Positions 25,000 through 36,090 of a stretch of DNA of 46,821 bases are shown piece after piece (within the stretch, counting starts at the first letter, position 1; every line of letters starts with the position of its first letter). Source of the DNA: Schmidtea nova (taxonomy: Eukaryota); assembly GCA_044892505.1 (NCBI GenBank), contig CM097882.1:335296001-335342821 (forward strand). Direction: 5' to 3'. A program made the position numbers and the translations under genes. Below the pieces are notes generated by a model. That model was not told where the DNA came from. It did not search any database and worked only from the letters and a program-made list of their open reading frames with translations.

Positions 25000-26149
25000 C
25001 ACCTAATTCTGTTTTACACGAATTGTTTTTACACGAATTTGATTTACCACGAATTAAAAAGAATTTTTTTCTTTTTTTACACGAATTGCTTTGTTTTAAG
25101 ACGATTTTCAATATTCTATGAATTTTTTTTGATGTTCTATTAATTTTTTTATTTTCATTTATAACAAATTATGTATACACACATTTTAACTTCGCATTAT
25201 ATTCTTCAGAATTCAGTTAGATTATGTCGATTATATGCGTATGTTTTCTCTTTGAATGAGATTCCCAGAAATATACATAAAGTAAAAACGTCATCCATAA
25301 TAACACTGAATATACTGACATCGTAACACTGACACATACAATTGGTGGAGATAGATTTGATGATCTATCATTTGCAGATATAGAGGAATTGTTAGTTGAT
25401 AAGAGCTTGAGTGAAAATGAAAGTATAGACCTCACCCTTGAGACTCATCATGACAAGGAACATAATGATAAGGACGAAGAGGATCCTCCTGTTTTAAATG
25501 CAACTCTAATTAAAGAAGGTCTTGATCTTGCCAGGAAATTAGGTAATCATTTTGAACAACATGATCCTGATGAGGAACAAGCTAAAAAATTTCAACGTGA
25601 ACTGAAATCATTAATGGCATCTTACAGAGAACTTTATAATGGTTAACACGAAACCAAACACAATCTTTAATAACTAATTTCGTTCTAAAAATTTCTGAAT
25701 TATCAACACAGGAGACCAATGATAATAATACAAAAATAATTTCCCAAGACGTCGAACAATATAATTCGAGTGATAACAGTGATATTGCAGTCTTAGGCAA
25801 ACGTATACGTGTGTCAGAAAATGACAATGAATAAAAATTTGTTATGTTTATATTATTTTTACTTTTTTTTATATTAATGAATTTCTGATATTATTTTCTT
25901 TTTTCGAAATCATAATTTCTTTTTTTATATAATATATTTAATGAATTAAAATGTGTGAGCACGAAAAATAAATTCTTTTGTGAACTCTAACAAGGATTTT
26001 TTTATATTTATTATTATACTCTTGTTTGTTTATTGTACTTTTGTTGCTTTTTTAGGTATGGAACCAATCTACTATTTTTCCATTCAGCCAATATCTTTCT
26101 TACACGATTTTTTTAAGAACGTATCTATCGTGTAAAACAGAATTAGGTG
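25000..26149 (+). mobile_element. pogo/Tigger deletion derivative (1150 bp)
   Basis: Perfect 22-bp TIR cacctaattctgttttacacga with TA TSD. The internal remnant FDDLSFADIEELL..FEQHDPDEEQAKKFQRELKSLMASYRELY is a Tigger-type C-terminus. Confidence 0.9.
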
Positions 26150-26289
26150 TATTTATATAAAAATAGTAATATTAAAAAATTATAAATATGAAATATTTGA
26201 GAAAATGCTGAACAAAATTTCACATTTTCTCTAGAAATAATATTGTTGAGCCAAAACTGCAAATTGTTTAAATGAAGCGGTAACTCAAT

Positions 26290-26600
26290 TAGTAGAGATC
26301 GCGCAAGATTCTAATTTAACCAAAGCATCAAGTAAAATTGAAGTAGTTAAGTGGAAACACACCTAAATATTAAAGTGGACAAGTAGAGAGCGCGCAAGAC
26401 TCTAATCTAAAGTCCCTTAATCAAAACATCAAGGAAAAATTAAAATGGTTAAAAGAAGCACGTCTAAAAAACTAGAATAGACAAAAAACACATCGAATAT
26501 GCACGTGGTGAACGCATTCATGATATAAAACCTCGGTTGTGGAAAATTAGCATGTTTACAGAAAGAAAATTACGATTTTATCTTAGAAAATTCGTAAAAA
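26290..26600 (+). repeat. AT-rich dispersed repeat family Z, arm 1
   Basis: The agagagcgcgcaag..aaacatcaag..aaaattaaaatg..atatgcacgtg block recurs at 31400-31660 (-), 33460-33670 (+) and 37880-38070 (-). Confidence 0.6.
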
Positions 26601-26777
26601 TATAAAAGAAAATGATAATGCTTTATAATTTTTTTAAACAAATTTTTCTCTATTCGCTAAAAATGGGTTTCAGTGAATAATCTTTAATATAAAAAATAAA
26701 GGAAGTTTCCTTTTAAACATAAATGGTCTTCAAATAGGTAAATGAAAGACATTAAAGCTTGTTTAAATATCCTACAT

Positions 26778-27456
26778 TGTAACCGTTACTGTTGTCAAGG
26801 CCTCGGTGATAATTTAAGATTTTAACGTTAAATTTTGATAAAAATTTAAATAGAAGTTTTAAAGCAAGATAGACAATAGGACTAGAACATAAATATAGTG
26901 TACCTAGATTTTTAACATTAAAAACATAATAATTTAGAAAAATCGCGAAAATAATAAAAATTCAGGTCTAAATAATGATAATTGAATATTCCCAAATATA
27001 TGTATTTTCTAAAGGAATAATTGGTCCTCGAATTGAGTTTGCGATGATATGCTTGAGTATGAGCTTACGAATAAAAATAAATGCGCGAAAACTCCTGTGC
27101 GTTTGGATAATACTATGTAAAATGATTAATTGGGAAAAGCTTAATAAATTTATATTGATGGAACTATTTATGTTTTCTTTTAAATTGAAATGAATATCCG
27201 TAGTAAAATTGTTGAAGAAGGGACGAAATGGGCAATAAACCTTCTATCGGTAGCCCTTGGACCCAGGAGATATTCGGTCAATCATAGCTTTGAATTTTCT
27301 ATGCTCACTGATTGCGAATACCGACCCATTTGTTGCATTACCAACGTTACATTGTGACGGGCAACAAGATGGTTAATCTAATGTTTTATGTGTTGAGTTG
27401 TTGATGTGAGCCATTGCAACGTCAAGGTCATATTGACGATCAACAACCCACCAATA
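26778..27456 (+). mobile_element. LTR-like unit F (~680 bp); structured element at 27239-27367
   Basis: Starts TGTAAC and ends ..caacaacccaccaata. Contains ACCTTCTATCGGT..GGACCC and TTGTTGC-ATTA-CC-AAC-GTTAC..GTGAC-GG-GCAACAA. Confidence 0.7.
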
Positions 27457-27597
27457 TCAAATATTATTATAAGCTATAATCAAAAACTTGTACATTTTAT
27501 TAATTTAAAAATTGACAACTATATATGTATATATGTATATATGTATATTGTTGGGTTATTAACGAGTTGACAACTATATATATATGTATATATATAT

Positions 27598-28506
27598 TGT
27601 TGGGTTATTAACGAGTAGTCGGTAATATCTGACTCCTGTGTTCTCTTTCAATCGCCAAAATAAGTGAAACCCAACACAATAACTTTTTATTATTTTTAAA
27701 ATGAAAACAACATTTTTAATCACAGAAAGTTACTAATGCTCTGCACTCTTCCACGTGAGGGTAGAACACCCAATGGGATATCTCCCTCACTGGCACGCAA
27801 GAAGATTAAATTCAAATCCTACCTTTGGTCTTCTCTATAAGCTTCCTCCAAAGAGCTTCTAGTTGTTTGAAAAATTCTGTTTATTCTTGAAATTTATCTT
27901 CGACCACTTTTGGCGTGTGCTGAAATTTTGACTTGCTTTTTATAGTGATTTTTTGATTGTTTCTGTCACACCTTAATGGATCTGTCAATTACAAAATTAA
28001 TTGGGAGTTGCCGCTAAGTGGATTTGCTGCCTCTTTCCCAGGGGCACCTTTCAATTTTTCCATTTACTTTAATTAATCGCTTTGGTGATGCTCCGGGTTT
28101 CCGAAATCGCTCAGGTTTCCTACAAGCTTGGGTTTCCCATTAGCTCGGGTTTCCCACTAGCTCGGATTTCCCATTAGCTCGGGTTTCCCATTATCTCGGG
28201 TTTCCCATTAGCTCGGGTTTCCCATTAGTTCGGGTTTCCTATAGAGTAATTAATTATTTTAATTAATTTGTATTTTCTAAATATTTCTTTCTGGGGACCG
28301 CTTTTTATTTTTATATACCCATATTCGAATTTTTCTCATCATTTGGCATCCTCCCATAGCAGTTTCTTCCGCTCAAACTTTATTTTGATTTTTTATAAAT
28401 TTTTAATTAATGTTTTCACATTAATTATTGTTTTTCCAATTTTTGTATTTTTATTGATTTGTGCTATTTAATATTTATTTTCTGTAAATTTTAACAACTC
28501 CAATAA
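27598..28506 (-). mobile_element. LTR-like repeat family R2, copy 1
   Basis: Colinear with 38620-39260. Termini tgttggg.. / ..ccaata. Both copies have a minus-strand ATGCCAAATGATGAG (28349 and 39260). Confidence 0.6.
28124..28242. repeat. 17-bp minisatellite x7 (tagctcgggtttcccat)
   Basis: Contiguous units with no spacers. The 39100-39160 copy has only about 2 related units. Confidence 0.9.
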
Positions 28507-28617
28507 TATAGTGATGTTCAATAATATTAAAAATTAATAGTATCAAGTTGGCACGGTTATAAAAATATATATTTTAATTTGACAAATTGTTATTATACAT
28601 TATGAAGAGATTTTAAT

Positions 28618-28628
28618 TGGCGACCACG
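28618..28628 (+). promoter_or_regulatory. Primer-binding site (TGGCGACCACG), tRNA-Arg(UCG)-like
   Basis: Complementary to a tRNA 3' end ..CGUGGUCGCCA. Lies just upstream of a gag-like ORF. Confidence 0.6.
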
Positions 28629-28651
28629 TCGAAAAGGTCGAGCTGATTCAC

Positions 28652-28903
28652 GTGGTGACAAGAAATCATCATAGAAAGATGATTATAGAATCTTTGCCTA
28701 AACAGGCAAAAGACATTTTGAATTTTAATGTCAGAAGATTCGATAGCCGAAACACGATAGAAGCAGAGAAATGGCTCAAGGATATTGAAGATTGGATGCT
28801 ACTAAATGATCTAAATTTAGTAAGTATTTTTGATTTATTATTGTCTGAAGAGGCATCTATTCTCTGTAAAGAATTTAAGGACTTAAGAAGGTTATTCATT
28901 TAG
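28652..28903 (+). pseudogene. Retrotransposon gag N-terminal fragment
   Basis: VRRFDSRNTIEAEKWLKDIEDWM fits the Gypsy gag F-x-G..WL..E pattern and follows the PBS. No pol downstream. Confidence 0.55.
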
Positions 28904-29099
28904 ATGTTTCAATTTGTTAGCGAATCAAGAAGCAATACACAAAGACTAGAACGAAGAGTGTACTGTATACACGAAGAAGACGATGACAGATCAGAGGAAT
29001 TGATAGCCCCAGTCATACTCAATGTTGAGACTCAATATACCAAGAAGACTCTGTTGTCTACATTTCGTCAATATGGTTGAGACTTTATCCCAATGTACC

Positions 29100-29330
29100 T
29101 ATCTCAACTGGTATTTGTATTCTTAATTCGCATAAAACCTTTCAACCTTCATTTGATTGTATCCATGATATTACATCAGGTTGTAATTTTGTTATTAGTT
29201 GTCCTGCTTCTTTCTTTAATTGTTTATCCGTATCAGTTATCAACATATTTTCTAATTTATTCACTTCACAACAAATTTTAACCACTCAAATCTGTGGCAA
29301 AATTCAACACAAGATTCTGAAACAATTAAA
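29100..29330 (-). pseudogene. Bcl-2-like (BH2) remnant
   Basis: Minus frame KLQPDVISWIQSNEG*KVLCEL vs Bcl-xL BH2 WIQENGGWDTFVEL. The TGA (29142-29144) sits at the conserved W. BH1 is not unambiguously recovered. Confidence 0.45.
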
Positions 29331-30129
29331 CGGATGATCATAATAACGCGATCTGTCCCTATATTAATTAGACAATCTACAGGATTCGGGTTTTTATTAT
29401 TGCAAACACGATAGTTGTCAGGATGTTGTTGAATGATAACTTGTGGAGTGTTACTATCCTCAAATGTAGATTTAGTCTATTTGTCGTTATATGAGATTCT
29501 ATTTATCAATTCTCATGATTGTTGATGTAAAACTTTCTGCAATAAAAGTTTGATTAACTCCTAAATCTTCATGAACTTTGACTAATTCTAAATGTTTATA
29601 AATTTTGATTAAATCTAAATTTTTATGAATAAAAATAAAGAATGTTATCTTAGACAAAATAGTTTCCCTCTTATTTAAATTTTATATTACGTAATTTGGG
29701 ATATCACTAACGGGAGTTCTTTGGTAGAGTTTATTTTCCAGCTCATATTTTCTGGGGTTCTATATAAAATTTCCTAATAGTAATTGTTACGGCAACGTAG
29801 TAAACCAAAAATTTGTACTACTATCTATGGCATTGGGTGAAAATTGGATGCGGTTGTGTGGTTAGTGTGTCGTCCATAACTAACATATTCAATTTGAATT
29901 TCTGAATAATATATCATTTTTGATAATAAAATTTTATATTTATATTGAAAAAAATAATTTCAATCGTATACAAATTTTCCAAATAAAGTGTACCTAAAAT
30001 TTTCGAGATAATTCATTTGGAAATTTTGAATACCTATAATTACAGATCCAAAAATAAAAGTTTTATGAATAATTTTCTCATTAGAGTGATGCTCAACTAA
30101 ATATAAATAAAAATCACTAATGACTTTTC

Positions 30130-30510
30130 CATTACGTTTTGGGTTTCTAGCTAGGAGATTATTATAGATTCGATTTTCTAAATGGTTTTGCGATCTCTTT
30201 CGTGATGAGGTGAAGATTTTCTTGTGAGCGATAGTGATTTACGATATGGACGCATGTTTTCAATAGCTGTTATTGATATAGAACTTTTATGGAGTTGTGA
30301 TAATCAATTAGTTTCAGATAGTCACGAATAATTTTAATTTGAACAACCTTGCACTTGGCCTAGCCACTACTCCTCATATAGTCAGGTATGAGATGGAGCG
30401 AGTTTGGATGTTTGAATGTTTTGTTAGATGAAGAAATGGATCAGAAAGCTGAACAAACCCCAGCTAACTGATGATTCACCTAAGTGACTAATGACGGTTC
30501 AACGAGTTAC
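30130..30510 (-). pseudogene. Decayed unknown ORFs a/b, copy 2
   Basis: Homologous to 4500-5000. HIVNHYRS..LITKEIAKPFRKS matches RLVNRLRS..FTTKELEKSVEKS. Confidence 0.55.
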
Positions 30511-31069
30511 TGGACCGTCATCAGAACATATAGAAGAGTTGTTAATAAAAAAATATTATATTTCATTAGTAATTATAATAATTCAAGTAAATTAAATTGA
30601 TGTCTGATTACATTGAGTTGGGGTAAATGTGACAAACTCTGTGATAAAAAAAATTTTAAAACATAATTCAATTCGATCTAAGTAAAATGAGGAAAAAATC
30701 CAATCCATAACTAAACAAAATTTGAATCAACATGAACATAACAATAAAATGCCATAATTAAAACTAATGATATATAATATGATAGAAATAGAATAATGTA
30801 CCCGACATGGACAATGGGAGCAAGACCCACGAGCCCATACTTGCATAAACATAGTTCTTACATCAATTAGAAGTGCCTATTTCTTTTAATAAATGATGGC
30901 TTCGTGTGTGGATACCGACTCTACTTTGAGAACTGTTAGACGGGTTCTGAGTACTGAGTGCTTTAATATCACTTTTATTGGATTCTAGAGATTTTTAGGG
31001 CAGCGATCCACTTAAAGTTATTTACAAAAATTGGTAGTCGCAAATTCTGAGGTTAATAATTTTGATGGC

Positions 31070-31071
<2 letters not shown>

Positions 31072-31136
<65 letters not shown>
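31072..31136. repeat. (TA)n microsatellite
   Basis: Direct reading. Confidence 0.95.
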
Positions 31137-31138
<2 letters not shown>

Positions 31139-31399
31139 ATTCCTGGCTGTTATTTTCGTCGATGCATTTAAACAAATTGTTCTAGAAGGAATTTTCCAAT
31201 CTTCCAAAATTAAATTTAACAATTTTAAGCAAAGTTAAATTATTATTTTTTGTATAAAGTCTTAATAAAACTTTAAATAATTTATTTTTTATCTAAAATA
31301 TCTCTATTAAATTAAAGTTTTTGCTAATTTAATTCAATTTGTTAAAATTTTCTCTAAAGCGATTTTCTTTTATATTTTCTTTTTGAGTTTTTAAGTAAA

Positions 31400-31660
31400 A
31401 ATCGAAATTTTCCTTCAGGAAATATGTTAATTTTTTTACTAATTTCTAATTTTATCCTGTAATTGATGCTTTTATGTTATATATGTGTTTTTAATGTGTA
31501 TATTTGATGGCCTTTGTTCAGTTTAATTTTTAAACGTGTTTTAATTAATTAATTATGTGTTTTGTTATTACTTTGTTTTACTTGGTGTTTCTCCTATTAA
31601 GGTTTTAAATTTACTTCTTGCGCTCTCTCTCTACATGATGTATTATCGTGATATTTAAAC
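31400..31660 (-). repeat. Family Z arm, inverted relative to 33460-33670
   Basis: aaatttacttcttgcgctctc is the reverse complement of gagcgcgcaagaagtaaattt at 33474. Confidence 0.65.
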
Positions 31661-32039
31661 AAATTCCAGTTTTTGTCCAAAAAATATAGTATATTTTAGT
31701 TCAAGGGGAAATGGGTTTTGAGTGTAGGTCCCCTCGAAATAAAGCAATGAATTTATACTAAAAATTTTAATTTAATTTAAATTAAAAATTAGAATTATAC
31801 CAAGAATTAAAATTTTTACAGAAGCCCTAGCAACAGCAACACCTTTATTACGGCAGATTTTGATAATTTTTAGGACTTGGACTTCTCGTTTTTGGGTTAC
31901 ATTAGATCAATAAATGTTTAAGTATTTTAAATTATATTGGAAAGTTGAAAATCTCAACGACACTCAATGTTAAAACACATATATTGTTATAAAACATTCT
32001 ATATGGAATTCATATGAGAGTTCCAAATCCAGAATTAGA

Positions 32040-32420
32040 TGAAAAATTATGTCAAGATTTTCTCACCTGGTCGGTTTTCTATTGTCCAGTTAATATTATA
32101 GAAAGTAAATTCTATATTATGATTATTGATTATACGATGCTATTTTTAGGAGAAGAAAACTAAATATTCTAGCAATCAATTTCCAATCAAGTAAAGCATA
32201 ATTAATTTATCTTTGATGTTTGATTTTATCACGTTTTTTCGATGTGGAGTTCCTGGTCAGAGAGCGGTCATACCTGTAATAAAAAACAACAACTCTCATT
32301 CCTTACTGTTTTAGCCAGAAAATCGAACACTTCCCTGTGTTAAATGAAATGTGAGAACCATGGAATAATTCCTGGCAATCTAATTCAAACATGATTTCAC
32401 GGGTTCAACCCAAATCGGAA
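32040..32420 (-). pseudogene. Decayed segment c, copy 2
   Basis: Patchy homology to 8110-8460. Confidence 0.35.
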
Positions 32421-33459
32421 CTCAAGTTCCAGGGAGAATTATGTAACTTAATATAATTCACTATTCGTTGGACCTTACAAATGGAATTGGAACTATCAGT
32501 GATTTTTGAATTTTTTTGCTTTTGTGATCATCATTTTTTATTTTCTTTTTGGCCAATTATGCTTTGATTGTTACTGGATGTGATTCCTGGCAATTTTTTG
32601 GGTGAAGTAATTTTAGAATATTATTATTCTTTCTGTGGAAATTCGGTTTAAAAGAGATTAAGACTGATTTCTTTCGTGACCTAATTGGTTAATTTTCCTT
32701 GTGGATTGGCATCTGGATTTACGATTATGTGGATTTTATTAGAAATAATGCTAATAAAATCTATAACAGGGTCAGATAGGACAATAAAGGTAGTTTATCT
32801 AGTTTCGGAATTCTTATATGATTTAAATTCGAATAAATTGAGTAAATCGGTTATATACTTTGTTGTACTGGTCTATAGTTAATAAGTTTTCGTATAATAT
32901 ATCCTAGCTAAGGTTTTGGTAGAATATAGCTTGGAATATTTTATAGTATGGATAATCAGTTAGCCTATTTTGCTATAAATAGCTGATCGGCAATATATTA
33001 TAGGGAATCCATATTTTGATAATAAGTGGAGGGATCTTTTCGACGTCATATTTTGGCCAAATAATTAGTGAGTAATGCATCACGTAATGAACCAAGTTTT
33101 TGTACACGTTTAAATTAAATTCTCTTATATCAAATTTTACAACACGAATAATTTATACAGGGTTTTTCTTTTATGAAATACACTATAATAAAATAAAATA
33201 AAATTTTTTGTCAACCTAAATAGATCGTATAATTAAATTAACTCGTATTTTATATTAAAATAGATTTTTCTAGAAAAATTATTAAAGCAAACTAAATTTT
33301 TATGGATTATGATTTTTTTTATCAAGACAAGAAATAAAGTATGTTTATATGATGGATAAAATATTAGATAAAATTTGTAAAAATTAAATTCCTAAGATGA
33401 CGAATTTTAAGGTAATTTTATACCTATTGGGCAAAAACTAAGAATGAATGAAACGGTAA

Positions 33460-33670
33460 CACAGCAAGTAAAGAGCGCGCAAGAAGTAAATTTACAATTT
33501 TATGAGAAAAAACACCAAGTAAAACAGTAATCATAAAACACCGAAATAATTAAATAAAACATGTTAAAAAATTAAAATGAACAAAAGAGCATTAAATATA
33601 CACGTGAAAAACACATATATAAGATAAAAACATCAATTATGTAATAAAATTACCAATTAAGAAAACGTAG
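33460..33670 (+). repeat. Family Z arm
   Basis: Inverted homolog of 31400-31660. Confidence 0.65.
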
Positions 33671-34537
33671 TCATTACAGCACAGAGTACTGGACTGACAT
33701 CAGAATGTATGAAAGAATGGTTATTTAGAAAAACAATCATAATAATTATAATACCAATAAATCAATGAAATACTTTAATGTGTTTGTGTGACAGTATTTT
33801 GTTAAAAAAATTATTATTGATGAACATTTGTCTGTATATAGATTAATAGAGATTAAATAAAAGATTCAAAATTATGAAAATATTAATTATAGTTGAAATG
33901 AAAATGAAATTTGCTAAAAACTCCTATAGATAATTATTTATAATAATATTGAGCAGAAGAATTCACCTAAAACTATAAAATAATCAAAGTATAATAAATA
34001 AATAATAAAATATGCCCAAAAAAACCCACTGAGAATCGAAAAAGCAACAAATTGAATATTAATAAGAAAAAATTAAAATAAGAAAATTACTATTTCGAAA
34101 TTTAAAACAGAAATAACTGTAGGATTCAATAGATAGGAAGAATTTAGAATAAATTAAATAAAATCTGAGCAAATTAGATAAAATAAAAGTACTTTTTATT
34201 AAATCATTACATGGACGATGATCCACAGAACAAGATATTCGAAACGTCCATCGCGATTTCTACAATAAATAAAAAAACCGACTTACTTTTAGAGGTAGAA
34301 CGAACCTTATTGGCCCTTTAGACGAGTCGGATCAATATAAATACTGAACTCAAAATCATAATAATCATCAAAATCTTCACTGAGAATTTCAACATTCAAG
34401 CGCTATTTAACTGAACTTGAATTCAATACTGTATCATTTGAAAGAACCATTTTCCAGGATCAAGAAGTAATTTTTGTTTTTTGCGTTATTTATGATTTTT
34501 GAAAATGGATGCTCCCATGCTTTTACAATTTTAAATA

Positions 34538-34538
<1 letters not shown>

Positions 34539-34612
<74 letters not shown>
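34539..34612. repeat. (ATT)n microsatellite
   Basis: Direct reading. Confidence 0.95.
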
Positions 34613-34613
<1 letters not shown>

Positions 34614-35608
34614 GCTTTATTTCATTATTTAAACATGTTAAATTTCATAGATGCGTCCTCTGTGGCGAAAGTCGCGAGGGCGTTTCCGTACGCGTAGGGC
34701 TTTTTAGCTCCACGATATGGTGAGGATTTATATAAAATTTTCATTCGAGGTTAGGCGAACAGGGTTGCACATGGATAGAAGGGAAACCATTAATGCGAAT
34801 TTTATATGACCAAGGGGAACTCGTATAGGAGGTAATGTAGCCGTCAAACCGGAATAACTTGGAAAATGAACTAGGGACGGAACGAACGGGTCCGACACAC
34901 AGAATCAAACTAATTTTGTTACTTATGCGAGGCAAGTCATAAAAGCAACGGAGCTAGTAGAAAAAAGTTATGGGGGATAATCGGCAGCCAATTCCACCCA
35001 AACCGTTTCGCAAGCATCTAATAAATTTTTAAAGTAATGGAATTAAAAACTGAACCACAGTTCGTAATCAATAGATGCAGGGCCAAAGCACAAGCAGCCT
35101 ACTGTATCTAAATAAATCCGAGACATACCGAATCGGATCTGGTCAGATGTTTAGTCAAGATCAATTTCGATGAAATTCTTAAATTAAAATTCCATCATTT
35201 AGAAAGATGTATGATCTAGAGGATACTATCACCACTCAATGGTTCAGAGAAGAGATGGCCGAAAAGCTGAGAAGGCCAAGTTTGAAGCATATCTTATGAG
35301 GGTTTTGGGGCCCCTGATAAATCTGCCGTCCCAATACATTCAGCAAATGAACAGGCAAATGAGAAAATGACACATCGAATTGCGGTCAAGGTGCCCGTTT
35401 TCAATCTGGGAAGGGAGAAATAAAGAAGTGTGGTATAGATGAAGCCTCAGATGGCCGATAATTCCGGATTCAGAGTACTCACCCCTATTCGCAGAATGGC
35501 TCATCTTTATTAAGGATGTCGAAATGTTTTCTCGTCATATATTATATTGAGGCTGTATTCCATCTCTAACGTTTGAAGAATTGGGTTTCTTGCTAATAGA
35601 CCCCGCCA

Positions 35609-36090
35609 GACTTCTACGACAGTGGTTCTCAAAGAGTGTTCCACGGAACACTGGTGTTCCGGCGATCACTTTCAAGTGTTCCGCGAAAAAATCAAATGTA
35701 CAATTCAATTAAAAATTGTTCGCAAATAAAAATCAATTCAATATAAAATTTTACGTACCATTCGGCTTTGTATAAATACAAACATAATGGAGTGTTTTTG
35801 CGAACATTATTCTATTTTTCTATTGTTCTTTTGATTTTATAAAGGTTAACTACCCGCGTCTCCTGTTTTAAAGTTTATGTTGTATTGTAGATGTTCCGCC
35901 TGAAAATGTATCAGAGTTTAGTGTTCCCCGACTTCAAAAAGTTTGAGAACTACTGCTCTACGAACCCGTATGGAAGGAGCACTCATCGAACCGGTCAAAG
36001 TAGACCCAAGGAAGTGCTCCATCCGAAGTCAGCTCCAAGTACATCGAGTGTTTTCATATAAATTGGCACTGTGCGTTGACTGAGCTTAGT
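35609..36090 (+). ncRNA. Divergent structured element interrupted by a MITE
   Basis: Removing the MITE gives GACTTCTACGAACCCG, then the GGAGCACT/AGTGCTCC and GTCAGC..TCCAAG..GTTGAC hairpins. A weakly ORF-Y-like remnant (QWFREEMAEK) lies upstream at ~35240. Confidence 0.4.
35620..35955. mobile_element. hAT (Charlie-like) MITE, 336 bp
   Basis: TIRs cagtggttctcaaa / tttgagaactactg. 8-bp TSD ttctacga / ctctacga (7/8 identical). Confidence 0.9.

Noticed and set aside
18575-27456. F'/F as giant TIRs of a Polinton/Maverick
   Set aside because: No TSD, no (AG)n termini, and no polB, integrase, ATPase or capsid remnants between them.
28124-28242. CRISPR-like array
   Set aside because: Units are contiguous with no unique spacers, and the context is eukaryotic.
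30466-30530. CTGATGA followed by a short stem, suggesting a hammerhead ribozyme
   Set aside because: No GAAA follows stem II, the other copy reads ATAATGA, and the region is explained as antisense coding sequence of ORF a.
30800-30990. Minus-strand CAGAACCCG after AATAAA as another structured-element copy
   Set aside because: It lacks CCTTCTATC and both diagnostic hairpins, so it is too weak to call.
34509-34697. Poly-Ile ORF, and similarly the (IY)n ORF at 46046-46264
   Set aside because: Artefacts of (ATT)n and (AT)n microsatellites.
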